A stretch of 63,401 bases of DNA, counting the filler, from Octopus bimaculoides (lineage: Eukaryota): assembly GCF_001194135.2 (NCBI RefSeq). It is 6 parts of 5 records of this genome, joined end to end, with 100 filler letters (N's around TTAATTAATTAA, not from the genome) between each part and the next. Parts side by side here need not be neighbours in the genome. Positions count along the whole stretch, not along the records: positions 32,742 to 49,678 come from NC_068981.1; positions 49,779 to 58,690 come from NW_026320937.1; 4 more parts are not named here. One strand, 5' to 3'. Positions 38,830 through 52,149 of this stretch are shown piece after piece. Numbering within the stretch: position 1 is the stretch's first letter; each line of letters opens with the position of its first letter. The position numbers and the translations under genes are program-made. The notes beneath the pieces were generated by a model. That model was not told the DNA's origin. It ran no database searches and was given only the letters and a program-made list of their open reading frames with translations.

Positions 38830-40955
38830 CATCCTTGTAACTTATTCATATTCTATTCACCCAACTTGGAGTTGTGCGGACTATACTGAACTGCCTTGGT
38901 GCCTCAATTTAAGTGCATAATTCAACGCAATTTTCATTATATATCTAGTCAATATTGAGGATGTAGGGAATAAACATCCCGAGATCAACTGGTGTTATCG
39001 ATTAATATATTGAGAGGAAATTCCGCAATATACAGGGATAAATCATCCAATATTGTGTTATGTTAATATAAGCAAATGGAGAAGAAATATAGCGGATACT
39101 TATTTAATTTTATTTGTACCGCTATGAAAACATATCAAACAATGTAATACATGTAAGATTTAGAGGATTAAAATCATCATCAACAATAAGCATAAAAGTG
39201 CCTACTATAACAACAAGGTTTGTAACAACGTCTCTCCTCTGTTTGTGCAGAACCTTTCCTAAAACTTTTTCACAACGTATGATTTGCACTTTTGTGTAGT
39301 AGACAATGTGGGTCTCAAGTCTAATAACTTTTAACTTCTTTGGCAGAAGTCTGCATGTCGTGCAAATGTTCATCAGTTATCAAAGGGTTTGTAATCTCAG
39401 TCTTCTATAACCTCTAATTAAGTCCTGAATTTTCTCACTATGTTTTAGTTTCTTCGTTATCTACGTAATTATCGTATGATTCTTCAAAGCTATGTTCTTA
39501 GTTATCTCTTTTCTTTTTACTACTTTCTTCAAAATTATGGTTAGTGTTTATGGGGAAATCCCTTAAATCACATTAATTGTTATTCTCTAACACAGCCTCT
39601 GGCTCTTGTTTATTGAGTAGAGATCAAATTCTTTTACATTACAAATATAAAGTTCTATACATTAGTTGCTTTATTTCCTCTCTAGTTTCAGCAAATCAAT
39701 AGGCTGTCCTAAATTTTCTCAGTACGCATTTCAGAGAAATTAAATCTATGATAAAAATTAACGAAGAAAGCATGCTTCCTTTGAATATCTCCCTTAGTAA
39801 TTTTACGTTTGTCAAATATTCTTTGGTCAATATTGATTATAGTTCCTACGGTTTTCATTTTATATTCCTACGATTTCATATTCCTGAAATTAACTCTTAA
39901 TTCTCTCATTGACACCGAGCGTCTTCAGGCGCTCAAAGAGACAACAGTATGTAGCATTACGTTAAGCTTTGTTGTAGTCTAGCCAACAAATACCAGAGAT
40001 CTCTCTCATTCATCCAACATTTAATATCTTGCTATCTATTCACAGCAGATAAGCAGTTTGTCTTGACTTCTTTCTTTTCTGCATTGATTTTCTCGCCGAT
40101 GAACTGAGGGACGGTGCAGAAAGTTGACAACTACCTACCAAGGAGATACTGTACGTAGCATAGGAGAACGTTTTGGTAGTCATTGGCGAGATCACAAAAA
40201 GAGAAAGCTCGTCAGTGTTCTATTAACATGCTCAGGCAGAACTTGGAGGCTCGATTAATAGTATATAGGTTAAAATACTATAAACACAGACACAATTCTT
40301 ACACAGATTACAGAAGCTGCACTCATGACAGTAGACAGACCGAGCCTCACTATAAAACACGATCCCACTACCACACCGCACCACATGACTAAAGACAGTA
40401 GGGATGTGGTGCGAAAGAGAAAGGTAAATAACCAATACATAATACACAGATACATACAGAGTAATAGACACACAAAAGATATATGCACTTACCTGTGATA
40501 CTTATGAGAAATAGAGATAGATGTACAAAAATAAATAACTAAACAAATAAGAAAAATAAATAGATAAATAGATAAATAAGCGAATATATAAATATGTCTG
40601 TCACACATCACTAATAAATGTAAGACAGAGATAGATAATATAAGTAAAACTATATAAAGGGCATGGATACATACCGAGCGAACCCATATGCACACACAAT
40701 CGCACACATACATGAAACATCATGGACGGCAATATGATGTCAACAACACAATTTCCACGGTCAGCAGTAGCGGCGGTGCTGACAATGGCAATAATAACAA
40801 CAACAACCACTATCACGATGGCAAAACCGTGGTAGATCACACATACACAGAGGAATACAGGAACTGCACATTTCTTTGTGTTTCTTGGACAGCAGCAGCA
40901 CAATGGATGAGCGGTTGGGGATGAGGAAAAGGACATAATGCTACTAAAAAGTATG

Positions 40956-41003
<48 letters not shown>

Positions 41004-41266
41004 ACACACTCGCACACGCACACACACGTCCACTCGCACAAACAAGGACACACATTCATGCGCACATAAGGATACAAAACCTAGGAGAACAAAATTGAGT
41101 AATTGGAGCAAGAACGCGCATGCTGAAGATGTCACAGATGTGTGACCAAAGATTTCCGGACAGTCAACAGCGTCAGAATAATAAAATAACAGTAAGAAAC
41201 GAATGAAGAAAAAAGAAAAATATATATATATACATACATACATGCATACATACATACATACATACA

Positions 41267-41300
<34 letters not shown>

Positions 41301-42685
41301 GTGTGCTTATTTGGACCAACTAAACAACTAAAATGACCATCCCGAAATACGGCAAAACCTCAATATAGTTATCCAATGATGCAATTAATCTAAAAGTAGT
41401 TATCAATCATGAATAGTAATTTAGTATATGGGAATGTAACAATTTCACGTAGTAGCTTGTCTTCAATTGGCTTGATGGAATTTTACAAGGAGTTAACATT
41501 TGTTTCGCTATATGTTTCGTTTTGGCAAGGAACATAGGTTACCGTGAGAATATTGTAATACACTAATAACGCTGTATGATTAGTTATTAATTAACACATT
41601 TCAAGTTTCTAATCATGTTTACGTCCTTGTTTTTTTTTTTTTCATGTACTATTTAGCGCCAATCATATTTAAATAAATTGCCTAATGATTGTTAATCGAA
41701 ATCTTCGATACACTATAAAATTAGGGTTGATAACAGTCGATAATAACATCAGAGCTTACGCATATATAATGCTTTATAATTCTATTTATAATATTAAAGT
41801 TGTAAATTTGCTCAAGCTACTATCTGCATACCAGGTTAGAAGTCAATATCTAATACAGAAAACACTTTACCCCAGTTATCACTGTAAGGTAAAGTTTCAA
41901 TAAAAAATATATACCCTTTAGTTTTGGAACTTCGCCCAATGAAATAGGAACAAATTTCCGGCAATTCCAAGTGATCGGCTATCGAAATTACAGTTCCGAA
42001 ATTTTACAAATCTCGAAAAAATATCTTTCGTTCTCTCATTAATATAGAAAAAATACGAAGTAAAATATGTTTTCGATTATAACCAAGAGAAGGCATTCCA
42101 TAAATCCAGTGTTTATTTAATATATATNNNNNNNNNNNNNNNNNNNNNNNNNNNNNNNNNNNNNNNNNNNNNNNNNNNNNNNNNNNNNNNNNNNNNNNNN
42201 NNNNNNNNNNNNNNNNNNNNNNNNNNNNNNNTGTGTGTGTGTGTGTGTGTGTGTGTACGCAATCATATGAAAACATATAGATACATAAACAGAGAGACAG
42301 ACAAACAAATGGAGAGATAGACAGCCAGACAGATACAGAGATAAATTTAGTTATGCATATATATGTATCTATACGTATGTAAATAATTGTTTAAACAAAT
42401 ATACGCAAAGACAGAAGAAAAAGAATACAAAACCACAAACGCGTACATACACGGGGACATCCAGGCTGATGTATGCGTATGTGCATGTTGCGTATATGCA
42501 TATGTGTTTAAGAAGCAACGATTGAGTGATATATATTTTGTGAATATCCTAATATTTGCATACACAGCACTCATTGATTCCTCACGACATAGTTATGTAC
42601 TTGTTTCAACTTGGCATCTGCCTAGAAACGACTTCCTAGATATAATAGGAATAATAATTTTGTTAATTCATTACTGTTTGGCAGT

Positions 42686-43005
42686 GGAGGCGCATGGCTC
42701 AGTGGTTAGAGCGTCGAGCTTACGATCGTGTGGTTGTGAGTTCGAATCCCAGACCGGGTTGCCTGTTGTTTTCATGAGCAGAACACATTATTTCACATTG
42801 CTTCAGTTCACTCAGATGTAGAAGTGAGTTGCGACGTTACAGATGCCAAGCTGTATCAGCCTTTGCTTTTCTCTTGGATAACACTGATGGCGTGGAGCGA
42901 CTGCTGGTCTCCCATAAAAAACAACCTAGCCCGGAATTGTACTTCGGGGGATAACTTTGTAGGTTCAATCCCATAGTCAGTCATGACCGACGGGAGTCTC
43001 ACTAA
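42686..43005 (+). mobile_element. tRNA-derived SINE family C, full length, with candidate 7-bp TSD
   Basis: A box tggctcagtgg (42695-42705), B box gttcgaatccc (42740-42750), CORE-like body, 3' end gtcatgaccgacgggagtc. tgtttgg at 42675-42681 and 43006-43012. Confidence 0.85.
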
Positions 43006-43635
43006 TGTTTGGTAACAAATGATCTTATCCCCACTGTCTTTTAAAGTTCAACAACAAAATTCTCCACTTCTTATAGCAAAGTTAAGTATAATATGATTTT
43101 ATATCGTCGTTCTAAACCATCGTACACAAATATATTTAAAATGTATGTACTACATTACTGCACTGAGATGGAATAAAATATAGACGCTAGATCCATGCTA
43201 GAAATCTTAAATTAAATTTTTAAATAACCCTTTGAGATATGCGAAACTGAAGTTGATATAAGCAAAGGTAAAATATTATAAAGAGATGAAAAATATATGA
43301 ATGTACGTTGCAAAATACATGAGAAACTCTACGTCATTGCAGTTAATTATAGAGTGAAACATTCTGGATGACTTGCTATTTGATTATTATGATCACAACA
43401 TATTTGTCTTTTTAACCACCGATAGGATTCAGGAGACTGACGTATTTAATAGTGTTCTACAAAAATATGGACCACAAAATTTATTAAGTATGCGACAGTT
43501 AGTTTGTTCGGGTTTATTCCCGAGAATATACTACTATTGCTTGATCTATTTCTTTGAAGCAGAACGAGTAAGAGAAAAAAAACATTTATATGAAGTCATG
43601 AGACACACAGTCACACATATGTACATATATATTTA

Positions 43636-43671
<36 letters not shown>

Positions 43672-45669
43672 TACACATATGTATATGCATATATATATAT
43701 ANNNNNNNNNNNNNNNNNNNNNNNNNNNNNNNNNNNNNNNNNNNNNNNNNNNNNNNNNNNNNNNNNNNNNNNNNNNNNNNNNNNNNNNNNNNNNNNNNNN
43801 NNNNNNNNNNNNNNNNNNNNNNNNNNNNNNNNNNNNNNNNNNNNNNNNNNNNNNNNNNNNNNNNNNNNNNNNNNNNNNNNNNNNNNNNNNNNNNNNNNNN
43901 NNNNNNNNNNNNNNNNNNNNNNNNNNNNNNNNNNNNNNNNNNNNNNNNNNNNNNNNNNNNNNNNNNNNNNNNNNNNNNNNNNNNNNNNNNNNNNNNNNNN
44001 NNNNNNNNNNNNNNNNNNNNNNNNNNNNNNNNNNNNNNNNNNNNNNNNNNNNNNNNNNNNNNNNNNNNNNNNNNNNNNNNNNNNNNNNNNNNNNNNNNNN
44101 NNNNNNNNNNNNNNNNNNNNNNNNNNNNNNNNNNNNNNNNNNNNNNNNNNNNNNNNNNNNNNNNNNNNNNNNNNNNNNNNNNNNNNNCTGCAGTCGTTTG
44201 ACAGCAGTAATGCTAGAGCACCGCCTTCATTTAAAGTTGCATCGGCCAATAATGCATTTAGATCTAATGCATAAGTTCACATATAAATATATAACGAGAG
44301 AAAGTAAGAGAGGGAGAAGCAGAGAGGGAGATACATAAACATACATAATCATTAAACACATGAGAACATACAAATACGTTTTATGTATGTATCATCAAGG
44401 TCTGATCAAGATATAGAGCTATAGAATGTTCTCTAATGATTATCATCACTACTATACCAGAGCATTGTTAAATAGTAGATTTATGCCGAATCTGTTGTCA
44501 TGAGTTTGAGGAATCAACCGAGTCAATAGAGTAAAACCATCAGCTACGTTCATTTTTTCTGGAAGATATCAAGAACAAAATGCAAAGAACAATATATAAA
44601 GGACAGAATGCCGAGAACAAAATATAAAATCTATGTTCAATCAAGATTTTATCTTGGTCCAATTTCGATTTAGAACTTACGACTTGGATGAGCTGAGTAC
44701 TAATCGCTTCTGATACTTCAGTTTTTTTATTATTGATTTCATTTTTGTTGTTGTCGGCAAGATGCCTCTCGAAACAGATAGTGAGATACGATCATCTGCT
44801 TGAAATAATATACGAAATGTCTAAAATTAAAATTTTAGTCGTCTTTTGTTGTTAAGCCGGCCAAGATATTTATGTATTTCTGAGTTCCATTTAACATTTG
44901 GGCCCTTCGAACGGAAATGTCTCAACTTTTGTTTCTAAAATATTGCAATTTTTTGCATCAAAACAAGCATGGCGGCACAGATTGCGGGTATGAATGTTTG
45001 TTGGAGTATCGGCTAGAAAGGAATTTCCTATAGTTTCCTCTAAATATTCTCATTGTGAGAGCAACGTGTAACGGTAACGGCAGTAATTGCAACGAAAGCA
45101 TACCTAAACGTAAGAAATCATCACCGATGTCACCAAATCAATTTAAAGTTCTCTTCAGAAAGCAGCATCGTTAATATCACTGTCCCACTGTAATGGAATT
45201 TTCATATTTTATCAATGACATCTAGCATATTTCCCGTGCCTAAATTATATGGTATAGTATTTAAATTAGAAATCACCATTATAAATATGCATGTATTACA
45301 TCACAGGAACTAATCGACACATCTCAAGGAAAACAAATCGTACATCGCTCATAAGCATTTCCATGACGAGGTCTTTAGGAAATGCGATGTCAAATTTAAT
45401 TAAGAAATTAAACTTAGCAATATACCTCTACTTTGTCTACATTGACCTTTGGATATCAAGCAAATTTAGTTTGAAGTAAATGTTAGATATATTGTTAGTG
45501 CGCTTTCTTAATGTACTGATTTTGACTATCTCTACAGCCATTGCATTTATTATTGTGTTCAAGATCATTTTAAATTCGGATACGCTTCTTCTTACTTGTT
45601 TATAGGTAGGGTTAAATACTTGCTGCAAACTGTAATTATAAAAAAAAAATTGTCCCATGAAAAAATTAA

Positions 45670-45717
<48 letters not shown>

Positions 45718-48178
45718 CTATTTCCTAGCAAAGAAATCCTACAGGGAGATTGGTAATTATGATGACAAAATAGCTGTCAAGTATTGACTGGCTTATGCCA
45801 GGAAAATTGCGCACTATTTATAGCCTGTGATGATTGGCTTTAGTATAGCTCCCATGTATAATATATACATGTTGTTTATTAAATATGTTAAAGATCACTA
45901 CTTGAGATAGTAGAGGCAATGTATCATTGAGGAATATATCATAAGCATGAACAGTTACATTTGAATAATCCTATAATCCAACCGTTCTCAGCACGTCAAT
46001 CGGAGAAATATATGTTACTTTAATTCAAATTGAAGGACAATTTCATAGCAGAACGTCCCATAACAATAGATCACGTGACAATATCATCGCTGTTATATTC
46101 TTGCAGATTCATACGCGACAAAAGTTGTTAACGCCAAATAAATACACATGTTTTCGTGCATATTGCAATATAACAACCTATAGTGCAGTCATATAGCACA
46201 TATCAAAAACGAAAATGTGAATGAGATTATCATTGATTGAATACTGAGTAATGAAACTTCGATTGACAATATTCTTAAAATGTGTCTTCATCTTTCATTT
46301 CAGTACTCATATGTTTCCAATACCAGTCTAAATATTGTCAGTTACAATTGTTGTATCCTTTGTCATATTTGAAATATCATTTCTAGATGGATTTAATATA
46401 GAAAAACTTTGCACTTGTTGAACAAATGTGTCACTATCGAAAAATCGTTAAAATTCTGTTTCTGATTTATGAGACAGTGTAAATGACAAATATGAATAAC
46501 ACAATTAGGAAATACAATCCGATATTGTGATATACAGTATTGATTTCAGTTGCATTATTCAGGCATAGAACAGAATTTAACACAGATTTACCGAGGCACG
46601 CGCAAATTTTACAGTGCTTGTAAAATTTTACAATCCTCGTATGTATGACGTTTATCCTCAGGCATCTACAACGAAAACCTATTCTATTTATGCTGTAGAT
46701 ACGGTTGGAACGTATCACCGATTATTTGACTCGTTGAAATTTGTAGCTAGCGCCTTTATATATATTTTTTCGTGCCTTCCCCTTTAACAAAATATAAGAT
46801 GAAAATGATCAGTAACGAAACACAAAAGAAGAATACATAATAAATCTTCTAAATCCCAAAATAAAACGGAAATAGCTAACACCATTAGAAAAACACAACT
46901 TCATGTATATGCATTATTCTGAAACGTGTGTTTGATAAGTTTCAAGACGAAAGCGCTTACATTAGGCATACAAACATACACTGCATACACAAATTTGCCA
47001 CAAAGTTTTCTGACATTGTGTTAAATGATGATGTTTTTAAAGTAAATAACTTTAAAGAATCTCTTTTTTATGTGTGTTTATATATATGTATGCGTGAGTG
47101 CGTGTGTGTGTGTGCGTGTGCGCGCGTGTGTTTGCTTGCGTCCATGTATGTATGTATGTATGTGTGTATATTAGGAAAGGAATCTGAAAATGCAGCCGTC
47201 TTTTTAAAGTATCTATTAACTCGTCTGGTTTCACTTATTTGAAAAGATTTTCATAAGTAAAATGTGTGAGTTTGGGTATTCTCTGTGATGTAAAAAAATT
47301 AGTTTACATGAATATACCACGATCAAGGAATAGAGTCATTGACAAGGAGATAAAATATGTAACAGCCCATTTACAATTCTCGGCTTCTAAGGGTCTTGTA
47401 TCTGGCTAGTTACAACATTTTTGAATGTATCTAAGTTCTTTCGCTACTGGATTAATACACATGCCACTTATTCTTTATCTTTTTGATTCCTGTACTGTAA
47501 CGTGAAACCATTCCTCACACTATCCAATATCCGCGAATTAGTATCTGTGAGTTGAGTTACTTCATAATATTCCTCGTCACATTACTGAATAAAGTGCTAA
47601 AATGTCTAATTAAAATATGTACTATTGTATTTACTACTGTATTTACCCCGCTTCTCCGAAACTTTAATTTTAGACAATATACTGAGTAGCTAAACCATTA
47701 TATATTATTATACACAGGAGCCTGTTCATTCTGCATCTTACTACCATTCCTGTGCACAAACTAATATATGTTCGAGACGCTATATAAATTCTAATGTTGA
47801 ATTTTGATTCTACACTGTTTAGACAAGTAATGATTATTAATTAATAAACGAATGGTCTTTGATATACCTTTTGATTGACATAAAATTTGTTGAAAGTATC
47901 AAGCAAATCTAGTCCACAAAAAGATGTTTAAAACTCAACACATTTTGTAATTTTGAGTTCTGGTAGGTTTACGTAAATGTATTCTAGGCAATAATACACA
48001 TATTAAACTCGACGATTGCCAAGTAATAGAGTATACGCTTCGTAAATACTCACACGTTTGTGCCCACAAAATTTCTTTATGCTTCGAAAGATAAAATGTG
48101 ATACCTATTTCCATCGAATATTTCAGTAAAAATACATAAGAATACGTTATTTTTTCTCATACAATCGTTGACTCACAT

Positions 48179-48330
<152 letters not shown>

Positions 48331-49142
48331 CTCACTCACTTGTTTTTTGACCCATGTGTTTTGTGAACATGGGCATGGTGAGCAGAATTGGATTTTACAT
48401 GCTTTTACATGCTGATACCTGCTGGGTGTCTGTATTCACCTTTGACCCGTGTTTTGTGATCTCTTGTGTATACATAACTGATAAGGACTTACCTATTGAT
48501 GCTGCTATTTTTAGATTATAAAATATACCCGAGGGAAGTATAGAATTTATATTTTAACTCTAAATAATGTTAAATCATTTTAAAGTTTTGTCATTGATGT
48601 TTAACCAATGGACTTCTTTATTGTACGTCATTTCTTTATTTTATTTTATATCGATCTATATTATATATTTTAATTTTTAATCGTATTCATTTTAGCTTTT
48701 ACTTGATTTGGAACTTTTATGAAATGATATATATATATATGTATATTGTATTATACCTTTAAATGAAATTTATCATTCTTAATTTATTTGTACGTTATCG
48801 GTTGAAATAATATATTCGAGTATAAAATTTTATATTATATGTTCTATATCTTGAATCTTACTTCTTATATATTTCTTATTCTTTTATGTATTTTATTTTT
48901 CTTACGCTATTTTTATATCCTTTTATTCCTTATGTTTGATGGATTATGTTATATTTCTTATATATGTTCATTGAGTGAGTGTGATATAATGAGTCGTTAA
49001 CCTAGCGCTTGTATTCAATAACTAATATATATATATATATATATATAATTTTCCAGTAAATCTTGTAATCGTTACCAATATAGCATAATACTTCAGCCCA
49101 AAGGATCATTGATTAGATTCCTTAAGGATCGTTCTCATTGTT

Positions 49143-49672
49143 TATATTTCCAAGGTTTCAAATTTGTATATTTAAAAACGGTAGAGACTTTCAATACGAT
49201 CGATTTTTCTTCCATTTATTTAATTATTTACCATTCGATGTCAACATTTCTGTGCTCAACTCTATCCAGCGACTGATCCGTTGGATGTCTGACGTTTGGC
49301 ACTTCCTCAGGAATGGCTTCCATTAGAACAAATGACCAAAAAACACAATCATCTATCAGAACAGATTATTAAAAATTATTTGACTATACCGTTCTTCCGC
49401 CATGCTGTCTTGGTTGTGTTTTGATTATATAATCAAAACATAACCAATAATTTGTTCTGATAGATAATTGTGTTTTTTGGTCATTTGTTCTAATGGAAGC
49501 CATTCCTAGGAAGTGCCAAACGTTAGACATCCAACGGATCAGTCGCTGGATAGAGTTGAGCACAGAAATGTTGAGATCGAATGGTAAATAATTAAATAAA
49601 TGGAATAAAAATCGATCGTGTTGAAAGTCTCTATCGTTTTTAAATATACAAATTTGAAACCTTGGAAATATA
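49143..49672. repeat. ~530-bp near-perfect palindrome (hairpin) with no central spacer
   Basis: 49143-49370 plus 49411-49428 is the reverse complement of 49429-49672; centre gattat|ataatc; ~40-bp insertion in the left arm only; about 95% identity by eye. Confidence 0.95.
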
Positions 49673-49844
49673 TATATANNNNNNNNNNNNNNNNNNNNNN
49701 NNNNNNNNNNNNNNNNNNNNNNTTAATTAATTAANNNNNNNNNNNNNNNNNNNNNNNNNNNNNNNNNNNNNNNNNNNNTATATAGTTATAATAATGAAGT
49801 CAAATCAAATAGTGATATTTTAAACCTGCATAATAAAAAATACA

Positions 49845-50310
49845 AGATGCATCCATTACATTAAATTTATATATAAAGGACCACAGACCTAATTCCTACA
49901 ATAGCCCAACTCTCCATCTTATCTGTCCTTCCATCTCTGATATTGGTATAATTAGCAAAAATATTCTTGATAAGTACATTCCTTTGTTAACGAAAAAACT
50001 TAAACTTAATTTATGGTGTAATTCATTCCAGGTTGTAGACTCTATTGATAATAAACTAAACACTAAATTTATCCAGTTTGATATTTGCAGTTATTAATCC
50101 TATCATCCTTAATAAGGCTCGGGCATAATAAATCCGGCCTCACCCAGGATGAAATTAATGTTGTTTTAGTGGCTAGAAAATCTATTATCAAATTTGGTTA
50201 TAAACTTTTGGTTTGTAAAGATCGACCTGACTGTTTTGATATACCTATGGAATGTAGCAACTCAGCTCAAATTTCTGATTTGGTCGGTATTTATATTCTA
50301 TCAATACTAT
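49845..50310 (+). mobile_element. Penelope-like element B, N-terminal half of RT (decayed)
   Basis: Translates to IKDHRPNSYNSPTLHLICPSISDIGIISKNILD...LNLW...FIQFDI...FDIPM...AQISDLVGIYILS, which matches PLE RT motifs KDHK / RLIxP / FDxxMG. Confidence 0.85.
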
Positions 50311-50339
50311 TGATACTAGAGATTACCATCATTAATATT

Positions 50340-51310
50340 ATTATTACAGTTATGTGAAACCCTTTTACTGTTAACAATATGGTTGTTATGCAAGGATATA
50401 ATTTGTAGGAGGTTATTAGTATTGGAGAAACCAATTTGGATATGATGTGAGTCGAGAATGGAGTGGTACCTGGAATTTTTGTAAAGTTCCTTTCAATGGC
50501 TTCATGAAACAGTTAAGGAAAGTTACTTTTAATTTGTTTTCTGTATGGAATAACAAACCAAATAGTTTTACTAGGGTCATGCGATTTATAGGGAGATTTC
50601 TCATTAAAAAACCTGAAGTTTTTTATTTTTACAGAATTTTTTGTTTTGTTTTTACAGAGTGTATAGTTACAGGAAGTATAGTTGCCTCCCTTAGACTGTT
50701 TGCTTTAAAATTCACCTAAATTTGGTTTTTGACTATTTCGATATAAGGAATTATTATCTGGATTATTACCTATGGAAGAAATATTATGAGTATTATTATT
50801 ATTATTAGTAGTAGTAGTATAACTACTCTTAGCCAGATTATTAGAGGTTAAACCAGGGTCAAGAGGGTTATAATACTTAATTTGCTCCTTATATCCTGCC
50901 TTATATATGGACGAATTATAGAAATCAGCGTTATTATTGAAATCATCAATATTGGCGGATAATTTAGAGATTCTAATTGATATGTTTTTAGCCAAATTTT
51001 TTGTTATATTAGTAAGATGATTGCTAAAAATGTTGATATATTTTAGATTGTTTGAAGGTTTATCGTATGGGAAATATAAAGCTGTATTTAAGTTGAGTGT
51101 AAGTTCAAGGAAATTAACCTTTGTTCTTTCATCATCAAAGGTAATACTTAGGCCCATATTACTTAAGAATTTAACAAGATTATTTTTAACATTTTGTAAT
51201 TTTTGATTAGAGATATTTTGGAAGTGAAGAAGACGATTGTCACAATATAGTTATAAAATTGATGAAATAATTATAAAATTTCTTAGGGTTTAGTGACAAA
51301 CTACTCGGGG
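50340..51310 (-). mobile_element. Penelope-like element B, C-terminal half of RT plus linker, inverted relative to the N-terminal half
   Basis: LYCDN (YRDD remnant)...GLSITF...KVNFLELTLNLNT...PYDKP...SNH...RISKLS...KAGY, an Asn/Thr-rich insert, then TIWFVIPY...NF...HN..CN. Confidence 0.85.
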
Positions 51311-52149
51311 NNNNNNNNNNNNNNNNNNNNNNNNNNNNNNNNNNNNNNNNNNNNNNNNNNNNNNNNNNNNNNNNNNNNNNNNNNNNNNNNNNNNNNNNNN
51401 NNNNNNNNNNNNNNNNNNNNNNNNNNNNNNNNNNNNNNNNNNNNNNNNNNNNNNNNNNNNNNNNNNNNNNNNNNNNNNNNNNNNNNNNNNNNNNNNNNNN
51501 NNNNNNNNNNNNNNNNNNNNNNNNNNNNNNNNNNNNNNNNNNNNNNNNNNNNNNNNNNNNNNNNNNNNNNNNNNNNNNNNNNNNNNNNNNNNNNNNNNNN
51601 NNNNNNNNNNNNNNNNNNNNNNNNNNNNNNNNNNNNNNNNNNNNNNNNNNNNNNNNNNNNNNNNNNNNNNNNNNNNNNNNNNNNNNNNNNNNNNNNNNNN
51701 NNNNNNNNNNNNNNNNNNNNNNNNNNNNNNNNNNNNNNNNNNNNNNNNNNNNNNNNNNNNNNNNNNNNNNNNNNNNNNNNNNNNNNNNNNNNNNNNNNNN
51801 NNNNNNNNNNNNNNNNNNNNNNNNNNNNNNNNNNNNNNNNNNNNNNNNNNNNNNNNNNNNNNNNNNNNNNNNNNNNNNNNNNNNNNNNNNNNNNNNNNNN
51901 NNNNNNNNNNNNNNNNNNNNNNNNNNNNNNNNNNNNNNNNNNNNNNNNNNNNNNNNNNNNNNNNNNNNNNNNNNNNNNNNNNNNNNNNNNNNNNNNNNNN
52001 NNNNNNNNNNNNNNNNNNNNNNNNNNNNNNNNNNNNNNNNNNNNNNNNNNNNNNNNNNNNNNNNNNNNNNNNNNNNNNNNNNNNNNNNNNNNNNNNNNNN
52101 NNNNNNNNNNNNNNNNNNNNNNNNNNNNNNATTTAAGTCACCCATAAAA

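Noticed and set aside
42686-42760. tRNA gene (also 62058-62125)
   Set aside because: A and B boxes are present, but the acceptor stem does not close and the sequence continues into a SINE body with TSDs.
44681-44820. Minus-strand AG...GTAAGT segment with an open frame (TFRILFQADDRIS...KRLVLSSSK)
   Set aside because: Splice signals are plausible and the phase fits the 21584 exon, but the peptide is unrecognisable and such pairs are expected by chance in AT-rich DNA.
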